From Patescibacteria group bacterium (lineage in GTDB: Bacteria > Patescibacteriota > Minisyncoccia > UBA6257 > GWB1-50-10), in NCBI GenBank assembly GCA_038062995.1, contig JBBTVZ010000006.1, positions 1 through 35,648 of the forward strand: 35,648 nt of DNA, given 5' to 3'. The stretch's first letter is position 1. Each line of letters begins with the position of its first letter. Below, piece after piece: positions 1-7,345 of this stretch. The translations under genes and the position numbers were made by a program. Under the pieces are notes generated by a model that saw only the letters and a program-made list of their open reading frames with translations, ran no database searches and was not told the DNA's origin.

Positions 1-1
1 C

Positions 2-235
2 TTCCTGCTTCAAAAAGTCTTGAAGAGAATCGAATTAGCTCTCAATGATCCTGACTATGCTCTTTACCTTCACACCGCGCCATGCAACCAACCAGAATTG
101 TCATATTACCACTGGCATCTCCAAATAGAGCCGGTCACTGAAGCGGTAGTAGCTGGTTTTGAAAAGGGTTCTGGAACCTTCATTAATCCCCGCACACCCG
201 AAGCAGCAGCAGAAGACCTAAGAAAAGTATTATAA
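2..235 (+). CDS. 3' fragment of a GalT-like (galactose-1-phosphate uridylyltransferase, HIT superfamily) gene; the 5' end lies outside the window
   Basis: The frame is open from base 2 (FLLQKV precedes the listed TTG at 20, which is probably internal). The C-terminal YHWHLQIEP...GFEKGSG.FIN...PE.AAEDLR resembles the GalT C-terminal region as I remember it. Confidence 0.55.
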   Translation, partial: FLLQKVLKRIELALNDPDYALYLHTAPCNQPELSYYHWHLQIEPVTEAVVAGFEKGSGTFINPRTPEAAAEDLRKVL

Positions 236-250
236 AACTTTCCAAATCAA

Positions 251-289
251 AGTCGCTTGCAAGTTCGCAGGCGACTCTTTGTTATTTTT
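251..289 (+). terminator. Rho-independent terminator after the GalT-like gene (possibly bidirectional)
   Basis: 10-bp stem AGTCGCTTGC/GCAGGCGACT with a 6-nt loop, followed by CTTTGTTATTTTT. Confidence 0.6.
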
Positions 290-290
290 C

Positions 291-450
291 TAAAGTGAAG
301 CTCCATGGGCTTACAACCGAGGCATCTTTCTGTTCAGGGCTCCGTGGAGCGGAACCCCGCACCGAAAGCCCTTAGGGCTTTTACCATTCATCCTCGGACT
401 TACGTCCAGGGCTTTCTGGTGCGGGGGTAACCACTAAAATCTAGTTTCTG
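291..450 (-). ncRNA. Unassigned structured RNA candidate, co-oriented with and directly downstream of tRNA-Arg(TCT)
   Basis: No credible ORF here. On the minus strand CCCCGCACC-A-GAAAGCCC pairs with GGGCUUUC-GGUGCGGGG (17 bp). This stem encloses a GGAC-GUAA-GUCC hairpin (GNRA loop) and a purine-rich loop. Further pairings are GCUCCA/UGGAGC and a possible long-range CCGAGG/CCUCGG. The class is not identified. Confidence 0.3.
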
Positions 451-522
451 TGCCCCCGGCAGGAATCGGACCCGCATCAATGCCTTAGAAGAGCACTGCT
501 CGATCCATTGAGCTACGGGGGC
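451..522 (-). tRNA. tRNA-Arg (anticodon TCT)
   Basis: Minus-strand cloverleaf. Acceptor GCCCCCG/CGGGGGC, D arm GCTC..GAGC, anticodon stem GTGCT/GGCAT (two G-U pairs) with loop CTTCTAA, T arm GCGGG-TCCGATT-CCTGC. 72 nt, no encoded CCA. Confidence 0.9.
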
Positions 523-632
523 CATTCTATAAAACTCTTTCAATGGATTTGATTCTATTCTAAATATGAGATAATTTCTAGAGATACCGCAAACTGCGGT
601 ATAGTGATATATCGGCAAGTTAGAAACAGAAA

Positions 633-703
633 CGGAGCGTAGTATACCGGTAGTACGTCTGCTTTGGGAGCAGATAGACCGGGTCCGATTCCCGGCGCTC
701 CGA
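633..703 (+). tRNA. tRNA-Pro (anticodon TGG)
   Basis: Acceptor CGGAGCG/CGCTCCG, D stem GTAT/GTAC, anticodon stem TCTGC/GCAGA with loop TTTGGGA, T arm CCGGG-TCCGATT-CCCGG. No encoded CCA. Confidence 0.9.
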
Positions 704-715
704 CATTTCCTCTAT

Positions 716-743
716 TTGACTTTATGTAAGTTTATGGTACACT
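716..743 (+). promoter_or_regulatory. Sigma70-type promoter for the DksA/TraR-like gene
   Basis: TTGACT (716-721), a 16-nt spacer, then TG-extended -10 TGGTACACT (735-743). Confidence 0.5.
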
Positions 744-806
744 AGTAAACGGCTTTTTAAATCTTAAATAACTAACCTTTTAATCTCGGTTTCAAAAGGA
801 GGCTTT

Positions 807-1250
807 ATGATCGGTGCAGGTAGTTTAACAACAGAGCAGGTAAAAGGAACGGGCACGACGCAAACACAAACACAAAAAGGAGGTGGCGAAAAAAGTTACC
901 TTACACAGAAAGATTTAAAGACAATCAGATTAAAGCTTGAGGATGAAAAGAAAAAATGCATCGAAACACTTGAAGCAAGTGACGAGACAATAAAAGAAGG
1001 AGTTACTCAAGTACATACATCCGGAGCGCACGACGAAAACGGGTCCCATGAAATAGGCATTGAAACAACTGCTCTCGGAGGGCAACGCGCTGGAGTTCAT
1101 CTCAAAAAAATACTCGCTGCTTTAGAAAGAATTAAAGAAAAAAACTACGACGGCATCTGTATAAGTTGCCGAAAACCGATTAATAAAGAAAGGTTAAAAG
1201 CTGTGCCAACAACAAGGCAATGTATAACTTGCAAAAACGGCCAGCATTAG
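807..1250 (+). CDS. DksA/TraR-family C4 zinc-finger protein
   Basis: C-terminal CISCRKPINKERLKAVPTTRQCITC (CxxC-17-CxxC) after a coiled-coil region. Strong RBS AAAGGAGG lies upstream of the ATG. Confidence 0.75.
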   Translation: MIGAGSLTTEQVKGTGTTQTQTQKGGGEKSYLTQKDLKTIRLKLEDEKKKCIETLEASDETIKEGVTQVHTSGAHDENGSHEIGIETTALGGQRAGVHLKKILAALERIKEKNYDGICISCRKPINKERLKAVPTTRQCITCKNGQH

Positions 1251-1282
1251 TCACTTAGCAAACTCAAACGAAGGAACATTAT

Positions 1283-1314
1283 GGGTAGTACTAAAAGTAC
1301 TGCCCATTTTTATT
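1283..1314 (+). terminator. Rho-independent terminator (convergent gene pair)
   Basis: GGGTAGTAC-TAAAA-GTACTGCCC hairpin followed by ATTTTTATTT. Confidence 0.6.
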
Positions 1315-1336
1315 TCTATTTAGTTTCGCGATTGGT

Positions 1337-1960
1337 CTATTGCAAAGATTCATCAAATTTCCCCATCTTTTCCAAAAACTGCGCGTTCAAATCATTTATC
1401 TTCTTAGCGCTGGCACTGACATCAAAAAGCAGCTTTTCCGCAGCTCCGGCTCTCGTTTGAATTTCATCCGGTGTTGAATATGAAAGCATATCAAGAAATT
1501 CATTTACATATCTTGTATACACTATGAACTCATTAATAAGTGAAAGTTCGGTTATTGAGGCATCATACGCAAGCCGCTGGCTTTTAGTATTTAAAATACC
1601 CCCAAGAGATTCCGCGATTTTTTGAAGATACCGAGAAAGTGCAAACACCTCATCGTACGCGTTGTTGTTTGTTTTTCTTGCTTCTTCAAAAAGACGAAGC
1701 ATCTCACTATATTCTTTTTGCGGATTTAAAAGTATCGCGCGCTTCAGCGTGCTGTTTGTTTCATTCGCTAACCCGACAGCCTCCCTACTTACAGTAGCCG
1801 CATCATTTCTCGCCGCAATAAACTCCGGCGAAAGTGTGACTGGTCCGCTACCAGCAGAAAACGCAATATAAATCCCATATACAATCATAAGAACTAAAAT
1901 AACCCCAGTAACAATCAAGGTCTTTTTGTCGCGAGACTTAAGATGTTCTAAACGCATCAT
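1337..1960 (-). CDS. Hypothetical membrane-anchored protein (one N-terminal TM helix, helical ectodomain)
   Basis: 207-aa ORF with the hydrophobic segment LIVTGVILVLMIVYGIYIAF near the N-terminus. No motif recognised. Confidence 0.6.
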   Translation of the reverse strand: MMRLEHLKSRDKKTLIVTGVILVLMIVYGIYIAFSAGSGPVTLSPEFIAARNDAATVSREAVGLANETNSTLKRAILLNPQKEYSEMLRLFEEARKTNNNAYDEVFALSRYLQKIAESLGGILNTKSQRLAYDASITELSLINEFIVYTRYVNEFLDMLSYSTPDEIQTRAGAAEKLLFDVSASAKKINDLNAQFLEKMGKFDESLQ

Positions 1961-2158
1961 TTACAACAAAAACACTACTACAAAACAAATTCCTTTTCAA
2001 TACCAAGAAATAGGCCAAATCTCTCTAAATCTTGTATTTTGATAAACAATCATGCAATAATTACATATACAGAGCCAATGTTACACTTGTAACGCGAGAG
2101 TAGCACAACCCCGACGTTTTAGTAGTCAGGGGCGCCGACTCCAAAATGGGCATCGGCG

Positions 2159-2167
2159 TGGTAATAA
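2159..2167 (+). promoter_or_regulatory. TG-extended -10 element placed to start transcription at or near the first base of tRNA-Gly
   Basis: TGGTAATAA ends 5 nt before the tRNA 5' end at 2172. Confidence 0.35.
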
Positions 2168-2171
2168 ATAA

Positions 2172-2242
2172 GCGGGATTCGTATAGTGGTAGTACATCAC
2201 CCTTCCAAGGTGAAGGCGCCAGTTCAATTCTGGTATCCCGCT
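2172..2242 (+). tRNA. tRNA-Gly (anticodon TCC)
   Basis: Acceptor GCGGGAT/ATCCCGC, anticodon stem TCACC/GGTGA with loop CTTCCAA, T arm with TTCAATT loop. No encoded CCA. Confidence 0.9.
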
Positions 2243-2299
2243 CTAAAATATGTTACACAAGCACCACGAAACAAAAGTCGCCCTGGTTCGTTCTACTAT

Positions 2300-2866
2300 A
2301 TGAAGGACGAAATATTGCTCGTTCAAAAAGCAAAAAATGGCGACAATAAAGCCTTCGGAGACCTCTATGACTATTATCTTCCGAAAATCTATAGGTTTAT
2401 ATTTCTTAAGATAGGCGGGAGAAAACAGGACGCGGAGGACATTTCCCATCACGTCTTCACGCAAGCATGGGAAAATATGAGTAAGTTTGAATTTCAGGGA
2501 TTCCCATTTGGAAGCTGGCTGTATAGAATCGCGTCAAACGCTGTCATTGATTATTACCGCACTTTCAAAAATCATTTTGATATTGATGAAACTGCGCAAG
2601 AAACTTTGGCGCGCGATTCGGGATTCGAAAATCGCATTGATACGGCATTCGATATTGAACTCGCGAAAACGGCGATTTCTAAATTGGAGCACGACCAACA
2701 AAACGTAGTAATCATGAAATTCATAGACGAGTTATCGACAAAGGAAATAGCCCAAGCGCTTGGAAAAACCGAGGGAGCTATTCGGGTAATACAACACAGG
2801 GCATTGAAACAAATAAAAAGTCATATAGATGCATCAAGAAATAATCCAACAATTAAAGAAGCTTAA
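2300..2866 (+). CDS. ECF-type (sigma-70 family, group 4) RNA polymerase sigma factor
   Basis: The listed ORF (2186) overlaps tRNA-Gly, so I trimmed it to the ATG at 2300 (MKDEILLVQKAKNGDNKAFGDLY...). The region 2 motif DAEDISHHVFTQAW and the region 4 HTH LSTKEIAQALGKTEGAIRVIQHRALKQ are both present. Confidence 0.85.
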   Translation: MKDEILLVQKAKNGDNKAFGDLYDYYLPKIYRFIFLKIGGRKQDAEDISHHVFTQAWENMSKFEFQGFPFGSWLYRIASNAVIDYYRTFKNHFDIDETAQETLARDSGFENRIDTAFDIELAKTAISKLEHDQQNVVIMKFIDELSTKEIAQALGKTEGAIRVIQHRALKQIKSHIDASRNNPTIKEA

Positions 2867-3296
2867 CGCGATAGAACCTGACGCGGAATTTGTCAGGCGT
2901 TCACGCAATCATATCGTATCAATGAAGAACGAGCCTGCTTTCGCGTTTCCGTCGTTTTCATTTTTCCCAAGATTGAGTCTTGTGGGAGCTTTCGTATTCG
3001 CCGGCCTTCTTCTCGCAATTTTCTATCCATTTTCTTTTTCTTCAAACCAAACATTTTCTGCGTTGAGCGCGAAAGCGATAAACCGCGAATTCGACAACTT
3101 AAGCATTAATATGCAGCTCAATGAAATAAAATTCGACCAGAACGCGCACCAAACAATCGCCGCGGCAATTATGGAAATTACCGATATGAAAACCCAACAC
3201 CTAAGCTCGCAAATTCTTGAATCGGAAAATGTAGGCATGACAATTGACGAAACTGGAAATCAAATCGATGAACTGCTAAACCAGGTCATCAATTAA
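2829..3296 (+). CDS. Putative single-pass membrane anti-sigma-like protein
   Basis: Overlaps the sigma gene by 38 nt. Short cytoplasmic N-terminus, one TM helix (LSLVGAFVFAGLLLAIFYPF), then an extracytoplasmic tail. The call rests on context only. Confidence 0.45.
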   Translation: MHQEIIQQLKKLNAIEPDAEFVRRSRNHIVSMKNEPAFAFPSFSFFPRLSLVGAFVFAGLLLAIFYPFSFSSNQTFSALSAKAINREFDNLSINMQLNEIKFDQNAHQTIAAAIMEITDMKTQHLSSQILESENVGMTIDETGNQIDELLNQVIN

Positions 3297-3300
3297 CATC

Positions 3301-4314
3301 GTGAAAAAACATCTCGCAAATATAGGCGCGGCAATTCTTCTTATAGGAGTATTATTTTCCATAAAGGCGGCGAGAGCGACAGAATCGCCCGTGCAAAAAG
3401 CATTAGATGATGTAAAGGGAACATTCGACAGCCTGATTAATGCGAAGGATGAAAATAACCCGCAAGAGCTCTCATTTCGCATCGAAACATATAAAAAAGT
3501 AATTGACTTCTCAATAACTGAAGCAAAAGACCTGAAGGTAAGGCTTCTTTCTATTGACCCGATAGAAAAGGATCTTTTGGTATGGAAAAAAAGTGTCTTG
3601 GAAAATATCGGAAAAGCCTTGGAATATTATGATTCACAAAACAAACTCTTTAGCGACAAAGAAAAAACAATTGCAACAATAGAGCAGTTGAAAGAGCTCG
3701 CGAAAAATTTCAAAGAAGAACGCGACAGCAAGTTTTCCGCGTCAATAAACCAAATAAAAGACTTCATAATGACTACGCAGGAAAAAGAATCCATAGAAGT
3801 CGCTAAAAGCCGATTGGGAAAAATCCAGGAAGACGTGAATAAATTACAAAAGGCAAGGATAAAAAACATTAATGAGCTCGTAAATATGCTAGGAAAAGCG
3901 AAAATATTAATCGATGTGGCGCAAGGTCTAAGTAAAGAGGCGGATGGAATGTTTACAAGAAGCATTATCGTTGTTTCAACAACATCAACTAATGAGCTCG
4001 TAAATGCGTCTAGTACAGAAACAACGTCTTCAACATTAATAAAAATCAAAGAAGAAACAACATTAGTTTCAACAAGTACTACGGCTACATCAACAGACGA
4101 TACAATAGGCAATAGCGCGCTCATTATTACGACAACAACAGTAGTAAGCGCTTCAAGTACGCCAAGTAATGCAACCAGTACGGAAGTAACTATTATTACC
4201 ACAACCCAATCACCGTCAATAAAAGATTTGGTAAAAAACTCCTTAATGAAAATTAAGGAGGCCTATCAAGTCTTTATTGAGATGAGCTCTCTTGTGAGGA
4301 AAGGGCTCAAGTAG
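3301..4314 (+). CDS. Secreted coiled-coil protein with a Ser/Thr-rich C-terminal tract
   Basis: GTG start. Signal peptide MKKHLANIGAAILLIGVLFSIKAARA/TE, a long helical region, then about 100 aa dominated by S/T (STTSTNE...TTATSTDD...TTTTVVSASSTPSNATST). Confidence 0.65.
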   Translation: MKKHLANIGAAILLIGVLFSIKAARATESPVQKALDDVKGTFDSLINAKDENNPQELSFRIETYKKVIDFSITEAKDLKVRLLSIDPIEKDLLVWKKSVLENIGKALEYYDSQNKLFSDKEKTIATIEQLKELAKNFKEERDSKFSASINQIKDFIMTTQEKESIEVAKSRLGKIQEDVNKLQKARIKNINELVNMLGKAKILIDVAQGLSKEADGMFTRSIIVVSTTSTNELVNASSTETTSSTLIKIKEETTLVSTSTTATSTDDTIGNSALIITTTTVVSASSTPSNATSTEVTIITTTQSPSIKDLVKNSLMKIKEAYQVFIEMSSLVRKGLK

Positions 4315-4361
4315 GCCCTGCTTGCAGGGCAAACTAAAATCCCCTCCATGGAGGGGATTTT
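4315..4361. terminator. Two adjacent hairpins forming a bidirectional terminator between convergent genes
   Basis: GCCCTG-CTTG-CAGGGC, then AAAATCCCCTCC-ATGG-AGGGGATTTT flanked by A and T runs. Confidence 0.7.
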
Positions 4362-4382
4362 AGTTTCTGAAAACAAAACGGC

Positions 4383-4658
4383 TTATAGAATTGCTTCTTT
4401 TAAAAGTTTTCCTGCTCGGAATTTTGGTTTCTTTGATGCCTTAATCTGAATCTTTTCTCCAGTTTTCGGGTTTACACCCATGCGAGCAGCCCTATCAGCA
4501 ACGCGAAAAACCCCAAAGCCGCTTACAGCGACTTCTTCTCCTTTACTCATGGTCTTAACTATTGTATCAAAAACCGCGTCAACGGCCTGTTGCGCTTGCT
4601 TCTTTACCTCAATCCCCGCCTCCTTCATTACCGCTTCAACTAATCCATCCTTTTTCAT
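4383..4658 (-). CDS. hup: HU-family nucleoid-associated DNA-binding protein
   Basis: 91 aa. GFGVFRVADRAARMGVNPKTGEKIQIKASKKPKFRAGK matches the HU/IHF beta-arm signature. Confidence 0.9.
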   Translation of the reverse strand: MKKDGLVEAVMKEAGIEVKKQAQQAVDAVFDTIVKTMSKGEEVAVSGFGVFRVADRAARMGVNPKTGEKIQIKASKKPKFRAGKLLKEAIL

Positions 4659-4709
4659 ATAAATTTATTTAATGCTGTAAATCGACCTTTTATCATTCCG
4701 ACTTCATAC

Positions 4710-4718
4710 AGTATAGCA
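4710..4718 (-). promoter_or_regulatory. TG-extended -10 element upstream of hup
   Basis: Minus strand reads TGCTATACT about 50 nt upstream of the hup ATG. Confidence 0.35.
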
Positions 4719-4747
4719 AATAATATAGATTATTACTATACAAACTG

Positions 4748-6271
4748 CTACTTCGCGTATTCTATCGCCCGAACCTCGCGTACAACCGTAACTTTTATTT
4801 CTCCGGGGTACTGCATATCTGATTGAATCTTTCCCGCAATTTGTTTGGCTAATTGGAACGCTCCAAAGTCGTCAATTTTTTCAGGAACAACGAAAACGCG
4901 CACTTCGCGTCCGGCGGAAACCGCGTATGCCTGTTTTACGCCTTCAAAGCCCCTAGTTATAGTTTCGATTTCCTCAAGCCGCTTCAGATATTTCTCAAGC
5001 GAATCGCGCCTTGCGCCAGGACGAGCCGCCGAGATGACATCAGCAGCGGCTACGACATACGCTTCCGGAATCAAGTATGGATAATCGTCATGATGCGATT
5101 CCATCGCTTTTATAACAGCTTCGTCAATGTTGTACTTTTTAAGAAGTTTCCTGCCAAGTTCCACGTGGCTTCCTTCAACTTCGTGGTCAATTGCTTTCCC
5201 AATATCATGAAGCAACGCGCCTTTCTTCGCTACCGCCACATTTAATCCGAGTTCTGCCGCGATCATTCCGGTGATGTGCGTCATTTCAATTGAATGCTGT
5301 AAAACATTCTGCCCGTAACTCGTCCTGTAATTGAGTTTACCAAGCATGTTGGTAATCTCTTTTGGAAGGTCAAGTATTCCGACTTCGTATGCCGCATCTT
5401 CCCCGACTTTCTTAACGTGTTCCTCAAACTCGGTTCTCGTCTGTTCTACAATTTCCTCGATTCGAGCTGGCTGAATTCGCCCGTCTTTCATAAGTTTTTC
5501 AAGCGACAGTCTTGCAAGCTCCCTCCTCATTGGGTCAAATGAAGAAATAACAAGGCTTTCAGGCGTCTCATCTATTATCACTTCAACGCCTGTCGCGCGC
5601 TCAAAAGCGCGCACATTTCTCCCCTCTCGGCCGATTATTTTTCCTTTTATATCTTCATTAGGCAATGGAACAATACTCGTCGTAGCATCGGAAATTTTAT
5701 CGCGCGCGCATCGTTGAATCGCCGTTGTAATCACCTCAAGTGTTTTTGCTTCTATCGCATCGTGTTTATCGCGTTCAAGCGAGGCAAGAAGCCGCGCCAA
5801 CTCGTCCCTGTTTGCGTCTTCAAATTTTGCAAAAATTTTCTCGCGGGCCTCTTCATGCGTTATTCCAGATATCCTTTCAAGTTCAGCCAAGGCTTTATCG
5901 CGAAGCGTTTTTGTCTCCTTTTGAACCTCCTCTACGCGCAAAAGCCCTTTCGAAAGTTGCAATGATTTTTCTTCAAGCGAGGCGCGATCTTTCTCAAAAG
6001 AGTCCTCGCGTTTAAGCAGCCGTTCTTCCAGGCGTCTAACGTCCTGCTTTCGTTCGCGTTCTTCTTTTTGCGCCTCCATAAGAATGGAAGCTGCGCTATC
6101 CTTTGCGGAGACAACCAACTCCTTCGCCTTTGCGCGGGCACTTTCAAATTCCTCTTCAAGTTTTCGTTCAAATGACTCTTTAGAGCGCCGAGCGAAGAAG
6201 AATCTTATTCCGTATCCAAGCGCAATGCATAGAACCGCAATAACCCCGACAAATAACGGGTTTGTAATCAT
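4748..6271 (-). CDS. rny: Ribonuclease Y
   Basis: 507 aa with an N-terminal TM helix, a coiled coil, a KH domain (GKIIGREGRNVRAFERATG) and an HD domain (HSIEMTHI...LLHDIGKA). Confidence 0.9.
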   Translation of the reverse strand: MITNPLFVGVIAVLCIALGYGIRFFFARRSKESFERKLEEEFESARAKAKELVVSAKDSAASILMEAQKEERERKQDVRRLEERLLKREDSFEKDRASLEEKSLQLSKGLLRVEEVQKETKTLRDKALAELERISGITHEEAREKIFAKFEDANRDELARLLASLERDKHDAIEAKTLEVITTAIQRCARDKISDATTSIVPLPNEDIKGKIIGREGRNVRAFERATGVEVIIDETPESLVISSFDPMRRELARLSLEKLMKDGRIQPARIEEIVEQTRTEFEEHVKKVGEDAAYEVGILDLPKEITNMLGKLNYRTSYGQNVLQHSIEMTHITGMIAAELGLNVAVAKKGALLHDIGKAIDHEVEGSHVELGRKLLKKYNIDEAVIKAMESHHDDYPYLIPEAYVVAAADVISAARPGARRDSLEKYLKRLEEIETITRGFEGVKQAYAVSAGREVRVFVVPEKIDDFGAFQLAKQIAGKIQSDMQYPGEIKVTVVREVRAIEYAK

Positions 6272-6354
6272 AAGCGAAATTGATTTTTTGACTTATCGAC
6301 ATTTGTAATGTAACTATACTACTTGGCTATAAAGGAATCAATACGGCAAATATA

Positions 6355-6363
6355 TGGTAAGAT
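6355..6363 (+). promoter_or_regulatory. TG-extended -10 element; predicts a leaderless or near-leaderless mRNA for the next gene
   Basis: TGGTAAGAT ends 8 nt before the ATG at 6372. Confidence 0.35.
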
Positions 6364-6371
6364 AAAATGCA

Positions 6372-7313
6372 ATGAAACAAACCGTAATATTAGTAATCGT
6401 GGATGGTTTTGGGATTGGAAATCTTGATGAGAGCAACCCTATCCACGCTGCAAAACCCAAAATTATCTCGGAAATCCAAAACAATTTTCCCGGAGGAGCA
6501 CTCCACGCGTCTGGAAGTGTTGTCGGACTTTCATGGCAGGAAGAAGGCTCAAGCTCGCTTGGGCACCTTATGATAGGAGGGGGAAGAATTGCCGAAGAAA
6601 AAGCAATGAGCGTAATAAAAGAAGTTGAATCGGGGAAAATCGACATAAACAGGCCAGTTGAGCTTATTCATAAAACGCTGGGAGAAGTCCTTACAAATAA
6701 TGAGAAATTCCAGTTGCGAGTCGCGGAAACCGCGAGAGAAAATCAAATTATGTATGTCTTTAGTGGATTTAGAAAAGACCCGTTTCCAAACGAATACAGG
6801 GTTGTTATTCCATCCGAACGCGTCGCGCGTCCCGATGAATATCCTGAAATGCGCGCGCAGGCAATAACTGACAGGCTTATAATCGCAATAAAAGAAGGCA
6901 CGTTTGATTTTATACTCGTCAATTATGCGAACGCTGATATTGTCGCATCAACTGGAAACTATGACGCGACCATTAAAGCAGTGGAAATAATCGACCGCGA
7001 ACTTGAAAGAGTTGTAAAAGCCGTTTATGAGGAAAATCATATATTAATAGTAACCTCAAGCCACGGAAACGCCGAGAATGTGATGAATCTAAAAACAGGG
7101 CTTTCCCAGAAAACAAATGACGCGAGTCCTGTTCCGTTCTACATAGTCGAAAAAAAATTCGTGCTTCCGAAACCGAACGAAAATCCGTTTCGCCCGCATA
7201 TTATAGGCATGCTTCCTGATATAGCGCCTACAATTTTAAACCTAATGTGTATTCCAAAACCTGACGAAATGACAGGAGAGAGCCTGCTCCCGCAGTTCGG
7301 GATACAAACATAA
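6372..7313 (+). CDS. Truncated cofactor-independent phosphoglycerate mutase (iPGM)-like, alkaline-phosphatase-superfamily protein
   Basis: 313 aa. iPGM-like N-terminus VILVIVDGFGIG and EGSSSLGHLMIGGGR, and C-terminal half KTLGEVL...LRVAETA...NYANADIVASTG...TSSHGNAE...PVPFYIV...DIAPTILNL...EMTGESLL. The central ~200-aa transferase domain is missing. Confidence 0.7.
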   Translation: MKQTVILVIVDGFGIGNLDESNPIHAAKPKIISEIQNNFPGGALHASGSVVGLSWQEEGSSSLGHLMIGGGRIAEEKAMSVIKEVESGKIDINRPVELIHKTLGEVLTNNEKFQLRVAETARENQIMYVFSGFRKDPFPNEYRVVIPSERVARPDEYPEMRAQAITDRLIIAIKEGTFDFILVNYANADIVASTGNYDATIKAVEIIDRELERVVKAVYEENHILIVTSSHGNAENVMNLKTGLSQKTNDASPVPFYIVEKKFVLPKPNENPFRPHIIGMLPDIAPTILNLMCIPKPDEMTGESLLPQFGIQT

Positions 7314-7325
7314 CTGGCTGTGCAA

Positions 7326-7334
7326 TGGTATAAT
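7326..7334 (+). promoter_or_regulatory. TG-extended -10 element upstream of the DUF360-like gene
   Basis: TGGTATAAT ends 11 nt before the ATG at 7346. Confidence 0.4.
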
Positions 7335-7345
7335 AATCACTTTAT

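Noticed and set aside
291-450. Assignment of the structured region as RNase P RNA or SRP (4.5S) RNA
   Set aside because: Short strings resemble RNase P CR-I/IV/V, but only ~70 nt separate the would-be P4 strands. The CR-I-like string folds better as a GNRA hairpin, and there is no room for P1-P3 or P15-P18. The SRP helix-8 consensus (GGAA loop followed by GGAAGCAGC) is absent. I kept it as an unassigned RNA.
400-618. 72-aa minus-strand ORF
   Set aside because: It is built from the tRNA-Arg(TCT) gene and the adjacent structured GC-rich region, has no RBS, and its sequence composition is not protein-like.
2146-2299. N-terminal extension of the sigma-factor ORF (listed start 2186) and a 67-aa ORF at 2146
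   Set aside because: Both overlap tRNA-Gly(TCC). The conserved sigma region 2 begins after the ATG at 2300.
3627-4202. 191-aa minus-strand ORF
   Set aside because: It is the antisense shadow of the Ser/Thr-rich region of the secreted protein. The ACN/AGY codon runs give open V/S-rich frames on the opposite strand.
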